A stretch of DNA of 64,000 nt from Eledone cirrhosa (GCA_964016885.1 OZ024760.1:34534001-34598000), one strand, 5' to 3'; shown: positions 21,058 to 39,092, counted from the stretch's first letter. The notes: a model not told the origin generated them from the letters alone. Made by a program: numbers and translations.

Positions 21058-21251
21058 TTGTTTCTACTTTTGGCACAAGGCCAGCAATTATCCCAGTACA
21101 TTACTGGTACTTGATTTTATTGATCCTGTAAGGATCAAAGGCAAAGTTAACCTCGGCGGGATTTTTACCCAGACTGTAAAGGGCCATAAATCTATGCTGA
21201 AAAGCATGGCGTCCGACCCTCTACTGATACTGTCAATCCACCACCTTTATT
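21058..21251 (-). mobile_element. SINE family A with a 15-bp TSD
   Basis: Reverse complement of family A. TTATTTACATAATAA at 21043-21057 and 21252-21266. Confidence 0.93.
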
Positions 21252-24200
21252 TTATTTACATAATAACGTGTGTCCGTCAAACGTATATATATATATATAT
21301 ATATATATACACCAGGTCCGAACACAGAGGAACCAAACTCCCACTGTCACTTCCTCCGTCTCTCCCACTCTCCCATTATTATGAGAGATGGGGGTCTACG
21401 CACTGGCAGCCCTGCGAGCCCAGCAGAGAGAATAAAGAAGGGGTTTCCCTGGAGGATGGTGAGGCAGACATGTTAGAAGAGCCATATCTCAATCAGATCA
21501 GGTCTATATTATGTTATCTCCCACACTCACATCTACATCTGGTCTATATATTATCTCCCACAGTGACATCTATATCTGGTCTATATTATATTATCTACCA
21601 CAGTCACATCTACATCTGGCCTATATTATATATACCACTATCACGTCTGGTCTATGTTATATTATACCACTATCACATCTGATCTATATTATATTATATC
21701 AGTCACATCTGGTCTATATTGTATATACCGCAGTCACATCTGGTCTATATATATAGCACTACCACATCTAGTCTGTATTATATTATACCACAGTCACATC
21801 TGGTCTATATTATATATACCACAGTCACAGCTGGTCTATATTATATTATACCACTCACATCTGGTCTATGTTATATTATACCACAGTCACATCTGGTCTA
21901 TATTATATTATACCACAGTCACGTCTGGTCTATATTATATATACCACAGTCGCATTTGGTCTATATTTAATTATACCACAGTCACATCTAGTCTATATTA
22001 TATATACCACAGTCACATCTGCTCTATATTATATATACCACAGTCACATCTGGTCTATATTATATCATACCGCTATCACATCTGGTCTATATTATATTAT
22101 ACCACCATCACATTTGGTCTATATTATATTATAACTCAGTCACATTTGGTCTATATTATATTATAACACAGTCACATCTGGTCTATATTATATTATACCA
22201 CTATCACATCTGGTCAATATTATATATACCACAGTCACATCTAGTCTATTTTATATTATACCATTATCACATCTGGTCTATATTATATTATACTACAGTC
22301 ACATCTGGTCTATACTATATATACCACAATCACATCTAGTCTATATTATATTAGACCACTATCACATCTGGTCTATATTATATTATACCACAGTCACGTC
22401 TGATCTATATTATATATACCACTATCATATCTGGTCTATATTATATTATACCAGTCACATCTAGTCTATATTATATATATCACAGTCACATCTGGTCTAT
22501 ATTATATATACCAGTCACATCTGGTCTCTATTATATAATACCACTATCACAGCTGGTCTATATTATATTATACCACAGTCACATCTGGTCTATATTATAT
22601 TATCTCCCACAGTCACATCTATATCTGGTCTATATTATATTATCTCCCACAGTCACATCTACATCTGGTCTCTTATTATATTATCTACCACATTCACAGT
22701 CACATCTGGTCTATATTATATATACCACAGTCACATCTCGTCTATATTATATATACCACTATCACATCTGGTCTATACTATATATACCACAGTCACATCG
22801 GGTCTATATTATATATACCACAGTCACATCTGGTCTATATTATATAAACCACTATCACATCTGGTCTATATTATATACCACAGTCTCATGTGCTCAATAT
22901 TATATACCACTCTCTATATTATATCATATAACACTATCACATTTGGTCTATATTATATATACCACAATCACATCTGGTCTGTATTATATTATATCACAGT
23001 CACATCTACATCTGGTCTATATTATATTATACCACAGTCAGATCTGGTCTATATTATATATACCACAGTCATATCTGGTCTATATTATATATACCACAGT
23101 CACATCTGGTCTATATTATATTATACCACAGTCACATCTGGTCTATATATATAGCACAGTCACATCTGGTCTATATTATATATACCACAGTCACATCTTG
23201 TCTATATTATATATACCACAGTCACATCTGCTCTTTAGTATATTATACCACAGTGACATCTACATCTGGTCTATATTATATTGTCTACCACAGTCACATC
23301 TACATCGGGTCTATATTATATTATCTACCAGTCACATCTACATCTGGTCTACATTATATATACCACAATCACATCTGGTCTATATTATATATACCACTAT
23401 CACATCTAGTCTATATTATATACCACACTCACATCTGGTCTATATTATATTATACCACTATCACATCTGGTCTATATTATATTATACCACTATCACATCT
23501 GGTCTATATTATATTATACCACTCACATCTGGTCTATATTGTTATACCACAGTCACAAATGGTCTATATTATACCACTATCACATCAGGTCTATATTATT
23601 TTATACCACTGTCACATCTGCTCTATATTGTATTATACCACAGTCACATCTGGTCTATATTATATATACCACAGTAACATCTAGTCTATATTATATTATA
23701 TCACTATCACATCTGGTCTATATTATATTATACCACAGTCATATCTGGTGTATATTATATTATACCACTATCACGTCTGGTCTATATTATATTATACCAC
23801 AGTCACATCTAGTCCATATTATATATACCACAGTCACATCTAGTCTATATTATATTATATCACTATCACATCTGGTCTATACTATATTATATGACAGTCA
23901 CATCTGATCTATATTATATATACCACAGTCACATCTGGGCTATATTATATATACCACAGTCACATCTGGTCTATACTATATATACCACAGTCACATCGGG
24001 TCTATATTATATATACCACAGTCACATCTGGTCTATATTATATAAACCACTATCACATCTGGTCTATATACCACAGTCACGTGTTCAATATTATATACCA
24101 CTCTCTATATTATATCATATAACACTATCTCATTTGGTCTATATTATATATACCACAATCACATCTGGTCTATATATTATATCACAGTCACATCTACATC

Positions 24201-27200
24201 TGGTCTATATTATATTATACCACTATCACATCTGGTCTATATTATATTATACCACAGTCACATCTGGTCTATATTATATATAGCACAGTCACATCTGGTC
24301 TATATTATATTATACCACAATCACATCTGGTCTATATTATACATACCACTATCACATCTAGTCTATATTATATACCACACTCACATCTGGTCTATATTAT
24401 ATTATACCACTATCACATCTGGTCTATATTATATTATACCACTGTCACATCTGCTCTATATTTTATTATACCACAGTCACATCTGGTCTATATTATATTG
24501 TACCACAGTTAGATCTACATCTGGTCTATAATGTATATGCCACAATCACATCCTGTCTATATTATATACCACAGTCACATCTGGTCTATATTATATTATA
24601 CCGCAGTCACATCTAGTCTATATTATACCACTATCACATTTGGTCTATTTTATATTATACCACTGTCACATTTGGTCTATTTTATATTATACCACAGTCA
24701 CATCTGGTCTATATTATATATAGCACAGTCACATATGGTCTATATTATATATACCACAATCACATCTGGTCTATATTATATATACCACAGTCACATCTGG
24801 TCTATATTATGTATACCATAGTCAGATCTGGTCTATATTATATTATACCACAGTCACATCTACATCTGGCCTATATTATATTATCTACCACAGTCACAGC
24901 TGGTCTATATTATATTATACCACAGTCACATCTACATCTGGCCTATATTATATTATCTACCACAGTCACGTCTACATCTGGTCTATATTATATGCCACAG
25001 TCACATCTGGTCTATATTATATACAACACTATCACATCTGGTCTATATTATATACCACAGTCACATCTGGTCTATATTATATTATACCACTATCACATCT
25101 GGTCAATATTATATATATCACAGTCACATCTAGTCTATTTTATATTATACCATTATCACATCTGGTCTATATTATATTATACTACAGTCACATCTGGTCT
25201 ATACTATATATACCACAATCACATCTAGTCTATATTATATTAGACCACTATCACATCTGGTCTATATTATATTATACCACAGTCACGTCCGATCTATATT
25301 ATATATACCACTATCATATCTGGTCTATATTATATTATACCAGTCACATCTAGTCTATATTATATATATCACAGTCACATCTGGTCTATATTATATATAC
25401 CAGTCACATCTGGTCTCTATTATATAATACCACTATCACAGCTGGTCTATATTATATTATACCACAGTCACATCTGGTCTATATTATATTATCTCCCACA
25501 GTCACATCTATATCTGGTCTATATTATATTATCTCCCACAGTCACATCTACATCTGGTCTCTTATTATATTATCTACCACATTCACAGTCACATCTGGTC
25601 TATATTATATATACCACAGTCACATCTCGTCTATATTATATATACCACTATCACATCTGGTCTATACTATATATACCACAGTCACATCGGTTCTATATTA
25701 TATATACCACAGTCACATCTGGTCTATATTATATACCACAGTCTCATGTGCTCAATATTATATACCACTCTCTATATTATATCATATAACACTATCTCAT
25801 TTGGTCTATATTATATATACCACAATCACATCTGGTCTATATATTATATCACAGTCACATCTACATCTGGTCTATATTATATTATACCACTATCACATCT
25901 GGTCTATATTATATTATACCACAGTCACATCTGGTCTATATTATATATAGCACAGTCACATCTGGTCTATATTATATTATACCACAATCACATCTGGTCT
26001 ATATTATACATACCACTATCACATCTAGTCTATATTATATACCACACTCACATCTGGTCTATATTATATTATACCACTATCACATCTGGTCTATATTATA
26101 TTATACCACTGTCACATCTGCTCTATATTTTATTATACCACAGTCACATCTGGTCTATATTATATTGTACCACAGTTAGATCTACATCTGGTCTATAATG
26201 TATATGCCACAATCACATCCTGTCTATATTATATACCACAGTCACATCTGGTCTATATTATATTATACCGCAGTCACATCTAGTCTATATTATACCACTA
26301 TCACATTTGGTCTATTTTATATTATACCACTGTCACATTTGGTCTATTTTATATTATACCACAGTCACATCTGGTCTATATTATATATAGCACAGTCACA
26401 TATGGTCTATATTATATATACCACAATCACATCTGGTCTATATTATATATACCACAGTCACATCTGGTCTATATTATGTATACCATAGTCAGATCTGGTC
26501 TATATTATATTATACCACAGTCACATCTACATCTGGCCTATATTATATTATCTACCACAGTCACAGCTGGTCTATATTATATTATACCACAGTCACATCT
26601 ACATCTGGCCTATATTATATTATCTACCACAGTCACGTCTACATCTGGTCTATATTATATGCCACAGTCACATCTGGTCTATATTATATACAACACTATC
26701 ACATCTGGTCTATATTATATACCACAGTCACATCTGGTCTATATTATATTATACCACTATCACATCTGGTCAATATTATATATATCACAGTCACATCTAG
26801 TCTATTTTATATTATACCATTATCACATCTGGTCTATATTATATTATACTACAGTCACATCTGGTCTATACTATATATACCACAATCACATCTAGTCTAT
26901 ATTATATTAGACCACTATCACATCTGGTCTATATTATATTATACCACAGTCACGTCCGATCTATATTATATATACCACTATCATATCTGGTCTATATTAT
27001 ATTATACCAGTCACATCTAGTCTATATTATATATATCACAGTCACATCTGGTCTATATTATATATACCAGTCACATCTGGTCTCTATTATATAATACCAC
27101 TATCACAGCTGGTCTATATTATATTATACCACAGTCACATCTGGTCTATATTATATTATCTCCCACAGTCACATCTATATCTGGTCTATATTATATTATC

Positions 27201-27893
27201 TCCCACAGTCACATCTACATCTGGTCTCTTATTATATTATCTACCACATTCACAGTCACATCTGGTCTATATTATATATACCACAGTCACATCTCGTCTA
27301 TATTATATATACCACTATCACATCTGGTCTATACTATATATACCACAGTCACATCGGTTCTATATTATATATACCACAGTCACATCTGGTCTATATTATA
27401 TACCACAGTCTCATGTGCTCAATATTATATACCACTCTCTATATTATATCATATAACACTATCGCATTTGGTCTATATTGTATATACCACAATCACATCT
27501 GGTCTGTATTATATTATATCACAGTCACATCTACATCTGGTCTATATTATATTATACCACAGTCACATCTGGTCTATATTATATATACCACAGTCATATC
27601 TGGTCTATATTATATATACCAGTCACATCTGGTCTATATTATATTATACCACAGTCACATCTGGTCTATATATATAGCACAGTCACATCTGGTCTATATT
27701 ATATATACCACAGTCACATCTTGTCTATATTATATATACCACAGTCACATCTGCTCTTTAGTATATTATACCACAGTGACATCTACATCTGGTCTATATT
27801 ATATTGTCTACCACAGTCACATCTACATCGGGTCTATATTATATTATCTACCAGTCACATCTACATCTGGTCTACATTATATATACCACTATC

Positions 27894-28074
27894 GGTGGAT
27901 TGGCAGTATCGGTAGAGGGTCGGACGCCATGCTTTCCAGCATAGTTACGTCCCTTTACGATCTGAGTTCAAATCCTGCCGAGGTTGACTTTGCCTTTCAT
28001 CCTTACGGGGTCGATAAAATAAAGTACCAGTAATGCACTGGGTAATTGCTGGCCTTGTGCCAAAAGTAGAAACA
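27894..28074 (+). mobile_element. SINE family A inserted in the satellite, 18-bp flanking direct repeat
   Basis: ATTATATATACCACTATC at 27876-27893 and 28075-28092. Very similar to the 2794 copy. Confidence 0.95.
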
Positions 28075-31000
28075 ATTATATATACCACTATCACATCTAG
28101 TCTATATTATATACCACACTCACATCTGGTCTATATTATATTATACCACTATCACATCTGGTCTATATTATATTATACCACTATCACATCTGGTCTATAT
28201 TATATTATACCACTCACATCTGGTCTATATTGTTATACCACAGTCACAAATGGTCTATATTATACCACTATCACATCAGGTCTATATTATTTTATACCAC
28301 TGTCACATCTGCTCTATATTGTATTATACCACAGTCACATCTGGTCTATATTATATATACCACAGTAACATCTAGTCTATATTATATTATATCACTATCA
28401 CATCTGGTCTATATTATATTATACCACAGTCATATCTGGTGTATATTATATTATACCACAATCACATCTGGTCTATATTATACATACCACTATCACATCT
28501 AGTCTATATTATATACCACACTCACATCTGGTCTATATTATATTATACCACTGTCACATCTGCTCTATATTTTATTATACCACAGTCACATCTGGTCTAT
28601 ATTATATTATACCACAGTTAGATCTACACTGGTCTATAATGTATATGCCACAATCACATCCTGTCTATATTATATACCACAGTCACATCTGGTCTATATT
28701 ATATTATACCACAGTCACATCTAGTCTATATTATACCACTATCACATTTGGTCTATTTTATATTATACCACTGTCACATTTGGTCTATTTTATATTATAC
28801 CACAGTCACATCTGGTCTATATTATATATAGCACAGTCACATATGGTCTATATTATATATACCACAATCACATCTGGTCTATATTATATATACCACAGTC
28901 ACATCTGGTCTATATTATGTATACCATAGTCAGATCTGGTCTATATTATATTATACCACAGTCACATCTACATCTGGTCTATATTATATGCCACAGTCAC
29001 ATCTGGTTTATATTATATACACCACTATCACATCTGGTCTATATTATATACCACAGTCACATCTGGTCTATATTATATTATACCACTATCACATCTGGTC
29101 AATATTATATATACCACAGTCACATCTAGTCTATTTTATATTATACCATTATCACATCTGGTCTATATTATATTATACTACAGTCACATCTGGTCTATAC
29201 TATATATACCACAGTCACATCTAGTCTATTTTATATTATACCATTATCACATCTGGTCTATATTATATTATACCACTATCACATCTAGTCTATATTATAT
29301 ACCACACTCACATCTGGTCTATATTATATTATACCACTATCACATCTGGTCTATATTATATTATACCACTATCACATCTGGTCTATATTATATTATACCA
29401 CTCACATCTGGTCTATATTGTTATACCACAGTCACAAATGGTCTATATTATACCACTATCACATCAGGTCTATATTATTTTATACCACTGTCACATCTGC
29501 TCTATATTGTATTATACCACAGTCACATCTGGTCTATATTATATATACCACAGTAACATCTAGTCTATATTATATTATATCACTATCACATCTGGTCTAT
29601 ATTATATTATACCACAGTCATATCTGGTGTATATTATATTATACCACTATCACGTCTGGTCTATATTATATTATACCACAGTCACATCTAGTCCATATTA
29701 TATATACCACAGTCACATCTAGTCTATATTATATTATATCACTATCACATCTGGTCTATACTATATTATATGACAGTCACATCTGGGCTATATTATATAT
29801 ACCACAGTCGCATCTGGGCTATATTATATATACCACAGTCACATCTGGTCTATACTATATATACCACAGTCACATTGGGTCTATATTATATATACCACAG
29901 TCACATCTGGTCTATATTATATAAACCACTATCACATCTGGTCTATATACCACAGTCACGTGTTCAATATTATATACCACTCTCTATATTATATCATATA
30001 ACACTATCTCATTTGGTCTATATTATATATACCACAATCACATCTGGTCTATATATTATATCACAGTCACATCTACATCTGGTCTATATTATATTATACC
30101 ACTATCACATCTGGTCTATATTATATTATACCACAGTCACATCTGGTCTATATTATATATAGCACAGTCACATCTGGTCTATATTATATATACCACAGTC
30201 ACATCTTGTCTATATTATATATACCACAGTCACATCTGGTCTATAGTATATTATACCACAGTCACATCTACATCGGGTCTATATTATATTATCTACCAGT
30301 CACATCTGCATCTGGTCTACATTATATATACCACAATCACATCTGGTCTATATTATATATACCACTATCACATCTAGTCTATATTATATACCACACTCAC
30401 ATCTGGTCTATATTATATTATACCACAATCACATCTGGTCTATATTATACATACCACTATCACATCTAGTCTATATTATATACCACACTCAGATCTGGTC
30501 TATATTATATTATACCACTATCACATCTGGTCTATATTATATTATACCACTGTCACATCTGCTCTATATTTTATTATACCACAGTCACATCTGGTCTATA
30601 TTATATTATACCACAGTTAGATCTACATCTGGTCCATAATGTGTATGCCACAATCACATCCTGTCTATATTATATACCACAGTCACATCTGGTCTATATT
30701 ATATTATACCACATTCACATCTAGTCTATATTATACCACTATCACATTTGGTCTATTTTATATTATACCACAGTCACATCTGGTCTATATTATATATAGC
30801 ACAGTCACATATGGTCTATATTATATATACCACAATCACATCTGGTCAATATTATATATACCATAGTCAGATCTGGTCTATATTATATTATACCACAGTC
30901 ACATCTACATCTGGCCTATATTATATTATCTACCACAGTCACAGCTGGTCTATATTATATTATACCACAGTCACATCTACATCTGGCCTATATTATATTC

Positions 31001-34000
31001 TCTACCACAGTCACGTCTACATCTGGTCTATATTATATGCCACAGTCACATCTGGTCTATATTATATACACCACTATCACAGCTGGTCTATATTATATAC
31101 CACAGTCACATCTGGTCTATATTATATTATACCACAGTCACATCTGGTCTATATTATATTATACCAGTCACATCTTGTCTATATTATACCACTATCACAT
31201 TTGGTCTATATTATATTATACCACAGTCACATCAGGCCTACATTATATTATACCATAGTCACATGTGGTCTTTATTATATATACCACTATCACATCTCGT
31301 CTATATTATAGTATACCACTCACAGCTGGTCTATATTATTATGCCACAGTCACAACTGGTCTATATTATATTATACCACTAACACATCTGGTCTGTATTA
31401 TATATACCACAGTCACATCTAGTCTATATTATATTATACCACTATCACATCTGGTCTATATTATACAAATGTCACATCTGCTCTATATTATATTATACCA
31501 CATTCACATCTGGTCTATACTATATATACCACAGTCACATCTAGTCTATATTATATTATACCACAGTCACGTCTGGTCTATATTATATATACCACAGTCA
31601 CATCTGGTCTATACTATATATACCAGTCACATTTGGTCTATATTATATATACCACTATCACATCTGGTCTATATTGTATTTACCACTATCACATTTAGTC
31701 TATATTATATATACTAATATCACATCTGGTATATATTATATTATCTACCACAGTCACGTCTACATCTGGTCTATATTATATGCCACAGTCACATCTGGTC
31801 TATATTACATATACCACTATCACATCTGGTCTATATTATATACCACAGTCACATCTGGCCTATATTATATTATACCAGTCACATCTGGTCTATATTATAC
31901 CACTATCACATTTGGTCTATATTAACCACAGTCACATCTGGTCTATTTTATATATACCACTATCACATCTAATCTATAGTGTATATACCACTATCACATT
32001 TAGTCCATTTTATATATACTACTATCACATCAGGTCTATATTATATTATATCACAGTCACATCTGGTCTATATTATACTATACCACTATAACATCCTGTG
32101 TATGTTATATATACCTCTATCACATCTGGTCTATATTATATTATACCACAGTCACATCTGGTCTATATTATACCACAGTCACATCTGGACTATATTATAT
32201 ATACCACAGTCACATCTGGTCTATATTATATTATACGACAGTCACATCTGGTCTATAGTATATTATACCACAGTCACATCTGGTCTATATTATATATAGC
32301 ACAGTCACATCTGGTCTATATCATATATACCACATTCACATCTGGTCTATATTATATTATACCACAGTCACATCTGGCCTACATTATATTATACCATAGT
32401 CATATCTGGTCTTTATTATATATACCACTATCCCATCTGGTCTATATTATATTATACCACTCACAGCTGGTCTATATTATTATGCCACAGTCACAACTGG
32501 TCTATATTATATTATACCACTAACACATCTGGTCTATATGATATATAACACAGTCACATCTAGTCTATATTATATTATACCACTATCACATATGGTCAAT
32601 ATTATACAACTGTCACGTCTGCTCTATATTATATTATACCACATTCACATCTGGTCTATACTATATATACCACAGTCACATCTAGTCTATATTATATATA
32701 CCAGTCACATCTGGTCTATATTATATATACCACTATCACATCTGGTCTATATTATATTTACCACTATCACGTTTAGTCTATATTATATATACTACTATCA
32801 CATCTGGTATATATTATATTATATCAAAGTCACATCTGATCTATATTATATATAACACTATCTGGTCTATATTATATACCACAGTCACATGTGCTCAATA
32901 TTATATACCACTCTATATTATATTATATACCACTATCACATATAGTCTATATTATATATACCACAATCACATCTGGTCTATATTATATTATATCAGAGTC
33001 ACATCTATATCTGGTCTATATTATATTATACCACTATCACATCTGGTCTTTATTATATATACCACTATCACATCTGGTCTATATTAAATTATACCACTCA
33101 CAGCTGGTCTATATTATTATGCCACAGTCACAACTGGTCTATATTATATTATACCACTAACACATCTGGTCTGTATTATATATACCACAGTCACATCTAG
33201 TCTATATTATATTATACCGCTATCACATCTAGTCAATATTATACAACTGTCACATCTGCTCTATATTATATTATACCACAGTCACATCTAGTCTATTATA
33301 TTATACCACAGTCACGTCTGGTCTATATTATATATACCACAGTCACATATCGTCTATACTATATATACCACAGTCACATCGGGTCTATATTATATATACC
33401 ACAGTCACATCTGGTCTATATTATATATACCAGTATCACATCTGGTCTATATTATATTTACCACTATCACATTTAGTCTATATTATATATACTACTATCA
33501 CATCTGGTATATATTATATTATATCACAGTCACATCTGGTCTATATTATATAAAACACTATCACATCTGGTCTATATTTTATACCACAGTCACATGTGCT
33601 CAATATTTTATACCACTCTATAATATATTATATACCACTATCACATCTAGTCTATATTATATATACCACAATCACATCTGTTCTATATTATATTATATCA
33701 GAGTCACATCTACATCTGGTCTATATTATATTATACCACTATCACATCTGGTCTATATTATATTATACCACAGTCTCATCTGGTCTATATTATATATAGC
33801 ACAGCCACATGTGGTCTATATTATGTATACCACAGTAACATCTGGTCTATATTATATATACCACAGTCACATCTGGTCTATATTATACCACAATCACATC
33901 TACATCTGGTCTATATTATATTATCTACCACAGTCACATCTACATCTGGTCTATATTATATATGCCACTATCACATCTGGTCTATATTATATACCACAGT

Positions 34001-34125
34001 CACATCTGGTCTATATTATATTATACCAGTCACATCTGGTCTATATTATACCACTATCACAATTGGTCTATATTATATTATACCACAGTCACATCTGGTC
34101 TACATTATATTATACCACAGTCACA

Positions 34126-34305
34126 GAGGAGTGGCAGTATCGGTCGAGGGTCGGACTCCATGCTTTCCAGCATAGTTACGTCCCTTTACTTTCTAAATTC
34201 AAATCCCGCTGAGGTTGACTTTGCCTTTCATCCTTACGGGGACGATAAAATAAAGTACCAGTAATGCACTGGTTAATGGCTGGCCTTGTGCCTAAAGTAG
34301 AAACA
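34126..34305 (+). mobile_element. SINE family A inserted in the satellite, 22-bp TSD (1 mismatch)
   Basis: ATTATATTATACCACAGTCACA at 34104-34125, with a one-mismatch copy at 34306-34327. Confidence 0.95.
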
Positions 34306-37300
34306 ATTATATTATCCCACAGTCACATATGGTCTATATTATATATACCACAGTCACATCTGCTCTATATTATATTATACCACAGTCACATCTGGTCTAT
34401 ATTATATTATACCACAGTCATATCTATATCTGGTCTATATTATATTATCTACCACAGTCACATCTGGTCTATACTATTTATACCACTATCACATCTGGTC
34501 TATATTATATATATGACAGTCACAGCTGGTCTATATTATATTGTATCACAGTCACATCTACATCTGGTCTATATTATATTATACCACTATCCCATCTGGT
34601 CTATATTATATTATACCACAGTTACATCTGGTCTATATTATATTATACCACAGTCACATCTGGTCTATATTATATTATCTCCCACAGTCACATCTATATC
34701 TGGTCTATATTATATTATCTAACACAGTCACATCTACATCTGGTCTATATTATATATGCCACTATCACATCTGGTCTATATTATATTATACCAGTCACAT
34801 ATGGTCTATATTATACCACTATCACATTTGGTCTATATTACACCACAGTCACATCTGGTCTATTTTATATATACCACTATCACATCTGGTCTATTGTATA
34901 TATACCACTATCACATTTAGTCTATTTTACATATACTACTATCACATCTGGTCTATATTATATATACCATAGTCACATCTGGTCTATATTATATTATACC
35001 ACAGTCACATATGATCTATATTATATATACCATAGTCACATCTGGTCTATATTATATTATACCACAGTCACATCTGGTCTATATTATGTATAGCACAGTC
35101 ACATATGGTCTATATCATATATACCACAGTCAAATCTGCTCTATATTATATTATACCACAGTCACATCTGGTCTATATTATATTATACCAGTCACATCTT
35201 GTCTATATTATACCACTATCACATTTGGTCTATATTATATTATACCACAGGCACATCTGGCCTACATTATACCATAGTCACATCTGGTCTTTATTATATA
35301 TACCACTATCACATCTGGTCTATATTATATTATACCACTCATAGCTGGTCTATATTATTATGCCACAGTCACAACTGGTCTATATTATATTATACCACTA
35401 ACACATCTGGTCTGTATTATATATACCACAGTCACATCTAGTCTATATTATATTATACCACTATCACATCTGGTCTATATTATACAACTGTCACATCTGC
35501 TCTATATTATATTATACCACATTCACATCTGGTCTATACTATATATACCACAGTAACATCTAGTCTATATTATATTATACCACAGTTACGTCTGGTCTAT
35601 ATTATATATACCACAGTCACATCTGGTCTATACTATATATACCACAGTCTAATTGGGTCTATATTATATATACTACAGTCACATCTGGTCTATATTATAT
35701 ATACCACTATAACATCTGGTCTATATTATATTTACCACTATCACATTTAGTCTATATTATAAATACTACTATCACATCTGGTCTATATTACATATACCAC
35801 TATCACATCTGGTCTATATTATATACCACAGTCACATCTGGTCTATTTTATATTATACCAGTCACATCTGGTCTATTTTATATTATACCAGTCACATCTG
35901 GTCTATAGTATACCACTATCACATTTGGTTTATATTACACCAGAGTCACATCTGGTCAATTTTATGTATAGCACTATCACAACTGGTCTATAGTATATAT
36001 ACCACTATCACATTTAGTCCATTTTATATATACTACTATCACATCAGGTATATATTATATCACAGTCACATCTGGTCTATATTATTTTATACCACTATCA
36101 CATCCTGTGTATGTTATATACACCTCTATCACATATGGTCTATATTATATTATACCACAGTCACATCTGGTCTATATTATACCACAGTCACATCTGGTCT
36201 ATATTATATTAGCACAGTCACATCTGGCCTACATTATACTATACGATAGTCACATCTGGTCTTTATTATATATACCATTATCACATCTGGTCTATATTAT
36301 ATTATACCACTCACAGATGGTCTATATTATTATGCCACAGTCACAACTGGTCTATATTATATTATACCACTAACACATGTTGTCTGGATTATATATACCA
36401 CAGTCACATCTAGTCTATATTATACCACTATCACATCTGGTCAATATTATACAACTGTCACATCTGCTCTATATTATATTATACCACATTCACATCTGGT
36501 ATATACTACATATACCACAGTCACATCTAGTCTATTATATTATACCACAATCACGTCTGGTCTATATTATATATACCACAGTCACATCTAGTCTATATTA
36601 TATATACCACAGTCACATCGGGTCTATATTATATATTCCAGTCACATCTGGTCTATATTATATATACCACTGTCACATCTGGTCTATATTATATTTACCA
36701 CTATCACATTTAGTTTATATTATATATACTACTATCACATCTGGTCTATATTACATATACCACTATCACATCTGGTCTATATTATATACCACAGTCACAT
36801 CTGGTCTATTTTATATTATACCAGTCACATCTGGTCTATACTATACCACTATCACATTTGGTCTATATTACACCAGAGTCACATCTGGTCAATTGTATAT
36901 ATACCACTATCACATCTGGTCTATAGTATATATACCACTATCACATTTAGTCCATTTTATATATACTACTATCACATCAGGTATATATTATATTATATCA
37001 CAGTCACATCTGGTCTATATTATATTATACCACTATCACATCCTGTGTATGTTATATACACCTCTATCACATATGGTCTATATTATATTATACCACAGTC
37101 ACATCTGGTCTATATTATACCACAGTCACATCTGGACTATATTATATATACCACAGTCACATCTGGTCTATATTATATTATAGCACAGTCACATGTGGTC
37201 TATATTATATATACCATAGTCACATCTGGTCTATAGTATATTATACCACTGTCACATCTGGTCTATATCATACCACTATCACATATGGTCTGTATTATAT

Positions 37301-38912
37301 TATACCACAGTCACATCTGGCCTACATTATACTATACCATAGTCACATCTGGTCTTTATTATATATACCATTATCACATCTGGTCTATATTATATTATAC
37401 CACTCACAGCTGGTCTATATTATTATGCCACAGTCACAACTGGTCTATATTATATTATACCACTAACACATGTTGTCTGTATTATACATACCACAGTCAC
37501 ATCTAGTCTATATTATACCACTATCACATCTGGTCAATGTTATACAACTGTCATATCTGCTCTATATTATATTATACCACATTCACATCTGGTATATACT
37601 ATATATACCTCAGTCACATCTAGTCTATTATATTATACCACAATCACGTCTGGTCTATATTATATATACCACAGTCACATCTGGTCTATATTATATATAC
37701 CACAGTCACATTGGGTCTATATTATATATTCCACAGTCACATCTGGTCTATATTATATATACCACTGTCACATCTGGTCTATATTATATTTACCACTATC
37801 ACATTTAGTCTATATTATATATACTACTATCACATATGGTATATATTATATTATATCACAGTCACATCTGGTCTATATTATATATAACACTATCATATAT
37901 GGTCTATATTATATACCACAGTCAAATGTGCTCAATATTATATACCACTCTATATTATATTATATACCACTATCACATCTAGTTTATATTATATATACCA
38001 CAATCACATCTGGTCTATATTATACCACAGTCTCATCTGGTCTATATTATATATAGCACACTCACATGTGGTCTATATTATATATACCACTATCACATCT
38101 GCTCTATATTATATTTACCACTATCACATTTAGTCTATATTATATATACTACTATCACATCTGGTATATATTATATTATATCACAATCACATCTGGTCTA
38201 TACTATATATACCACTATCACATCTGGTCTATATTATTTATATGACAGTCACAGCTGTCTATATTATATTATATCACAGTCACATCTACATCTGGTCTAT
38301 ATTATATTTAGCCACTATCACATTTAATCTATATTATATATACTACTATCACATCTGGTATATATTATATTATATCACAGTCACATCTGGTCTATATTAT
38401 ATATAACACTATCACATCTGGTCTATATTATATACCACAGTCACATGTGCTCAATATTATATACCACTCTATATTTTATTATATACCACTATCGCATCTA
38501 GTCTATATTATATTATACCACTATCACATCTGGTCTATATTATATTATACCACAGTCTCATCTGGTCTATATTATATATAGCACAGCCACATGTGGTCTA
38601 TATTATATATACCACAGTAACATCTGGTCTATATTATATATACCACAGTCACATCTGATCTATATTATATTATACCACAATCACATCTACATCGGGTCTA
38701 TATTATATTATCTACCACAGTCACATCTACATCTGGTCTATATTATATATGCCACTATCACATCTGGTCTATATTATATACCACAGTCACATCTGGTCTA
38801 TATTATATTATACCAGTCACATCTGGTCTATATTATACCACTATCACAATTGGTCTATATTATATTATACCACAGTCACATCTGGTCTACATTATATTAT
38901 ACCACAGTCACA

Positions 38913-39092
38913 GAGGAGTGGCAGTATCGGTCGAGGGTCGGACTCCATGCTTTACAGCATAGTTATGTCCCTTTACTATCTGAGTTCAAATCCCGCCGAG
39001 GTTGACTTTGCCTTTCATCCTTACGGGGACGATAAAATAAAGTACCAGTAATTTACTGGGTAATGGCTGGCCTTGTGCCTAAAGTAGAAACA
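38913..39092 (+). mobile_element. SINE family A in the satellite; segmental duplicate of the 34126 insertion
   Basis: Same unusual 5' junction (CACA|GAGGAGTGGCAG), same TSD and same upstream satellite variants; offset 4787 bp. Confidence 0.93.
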
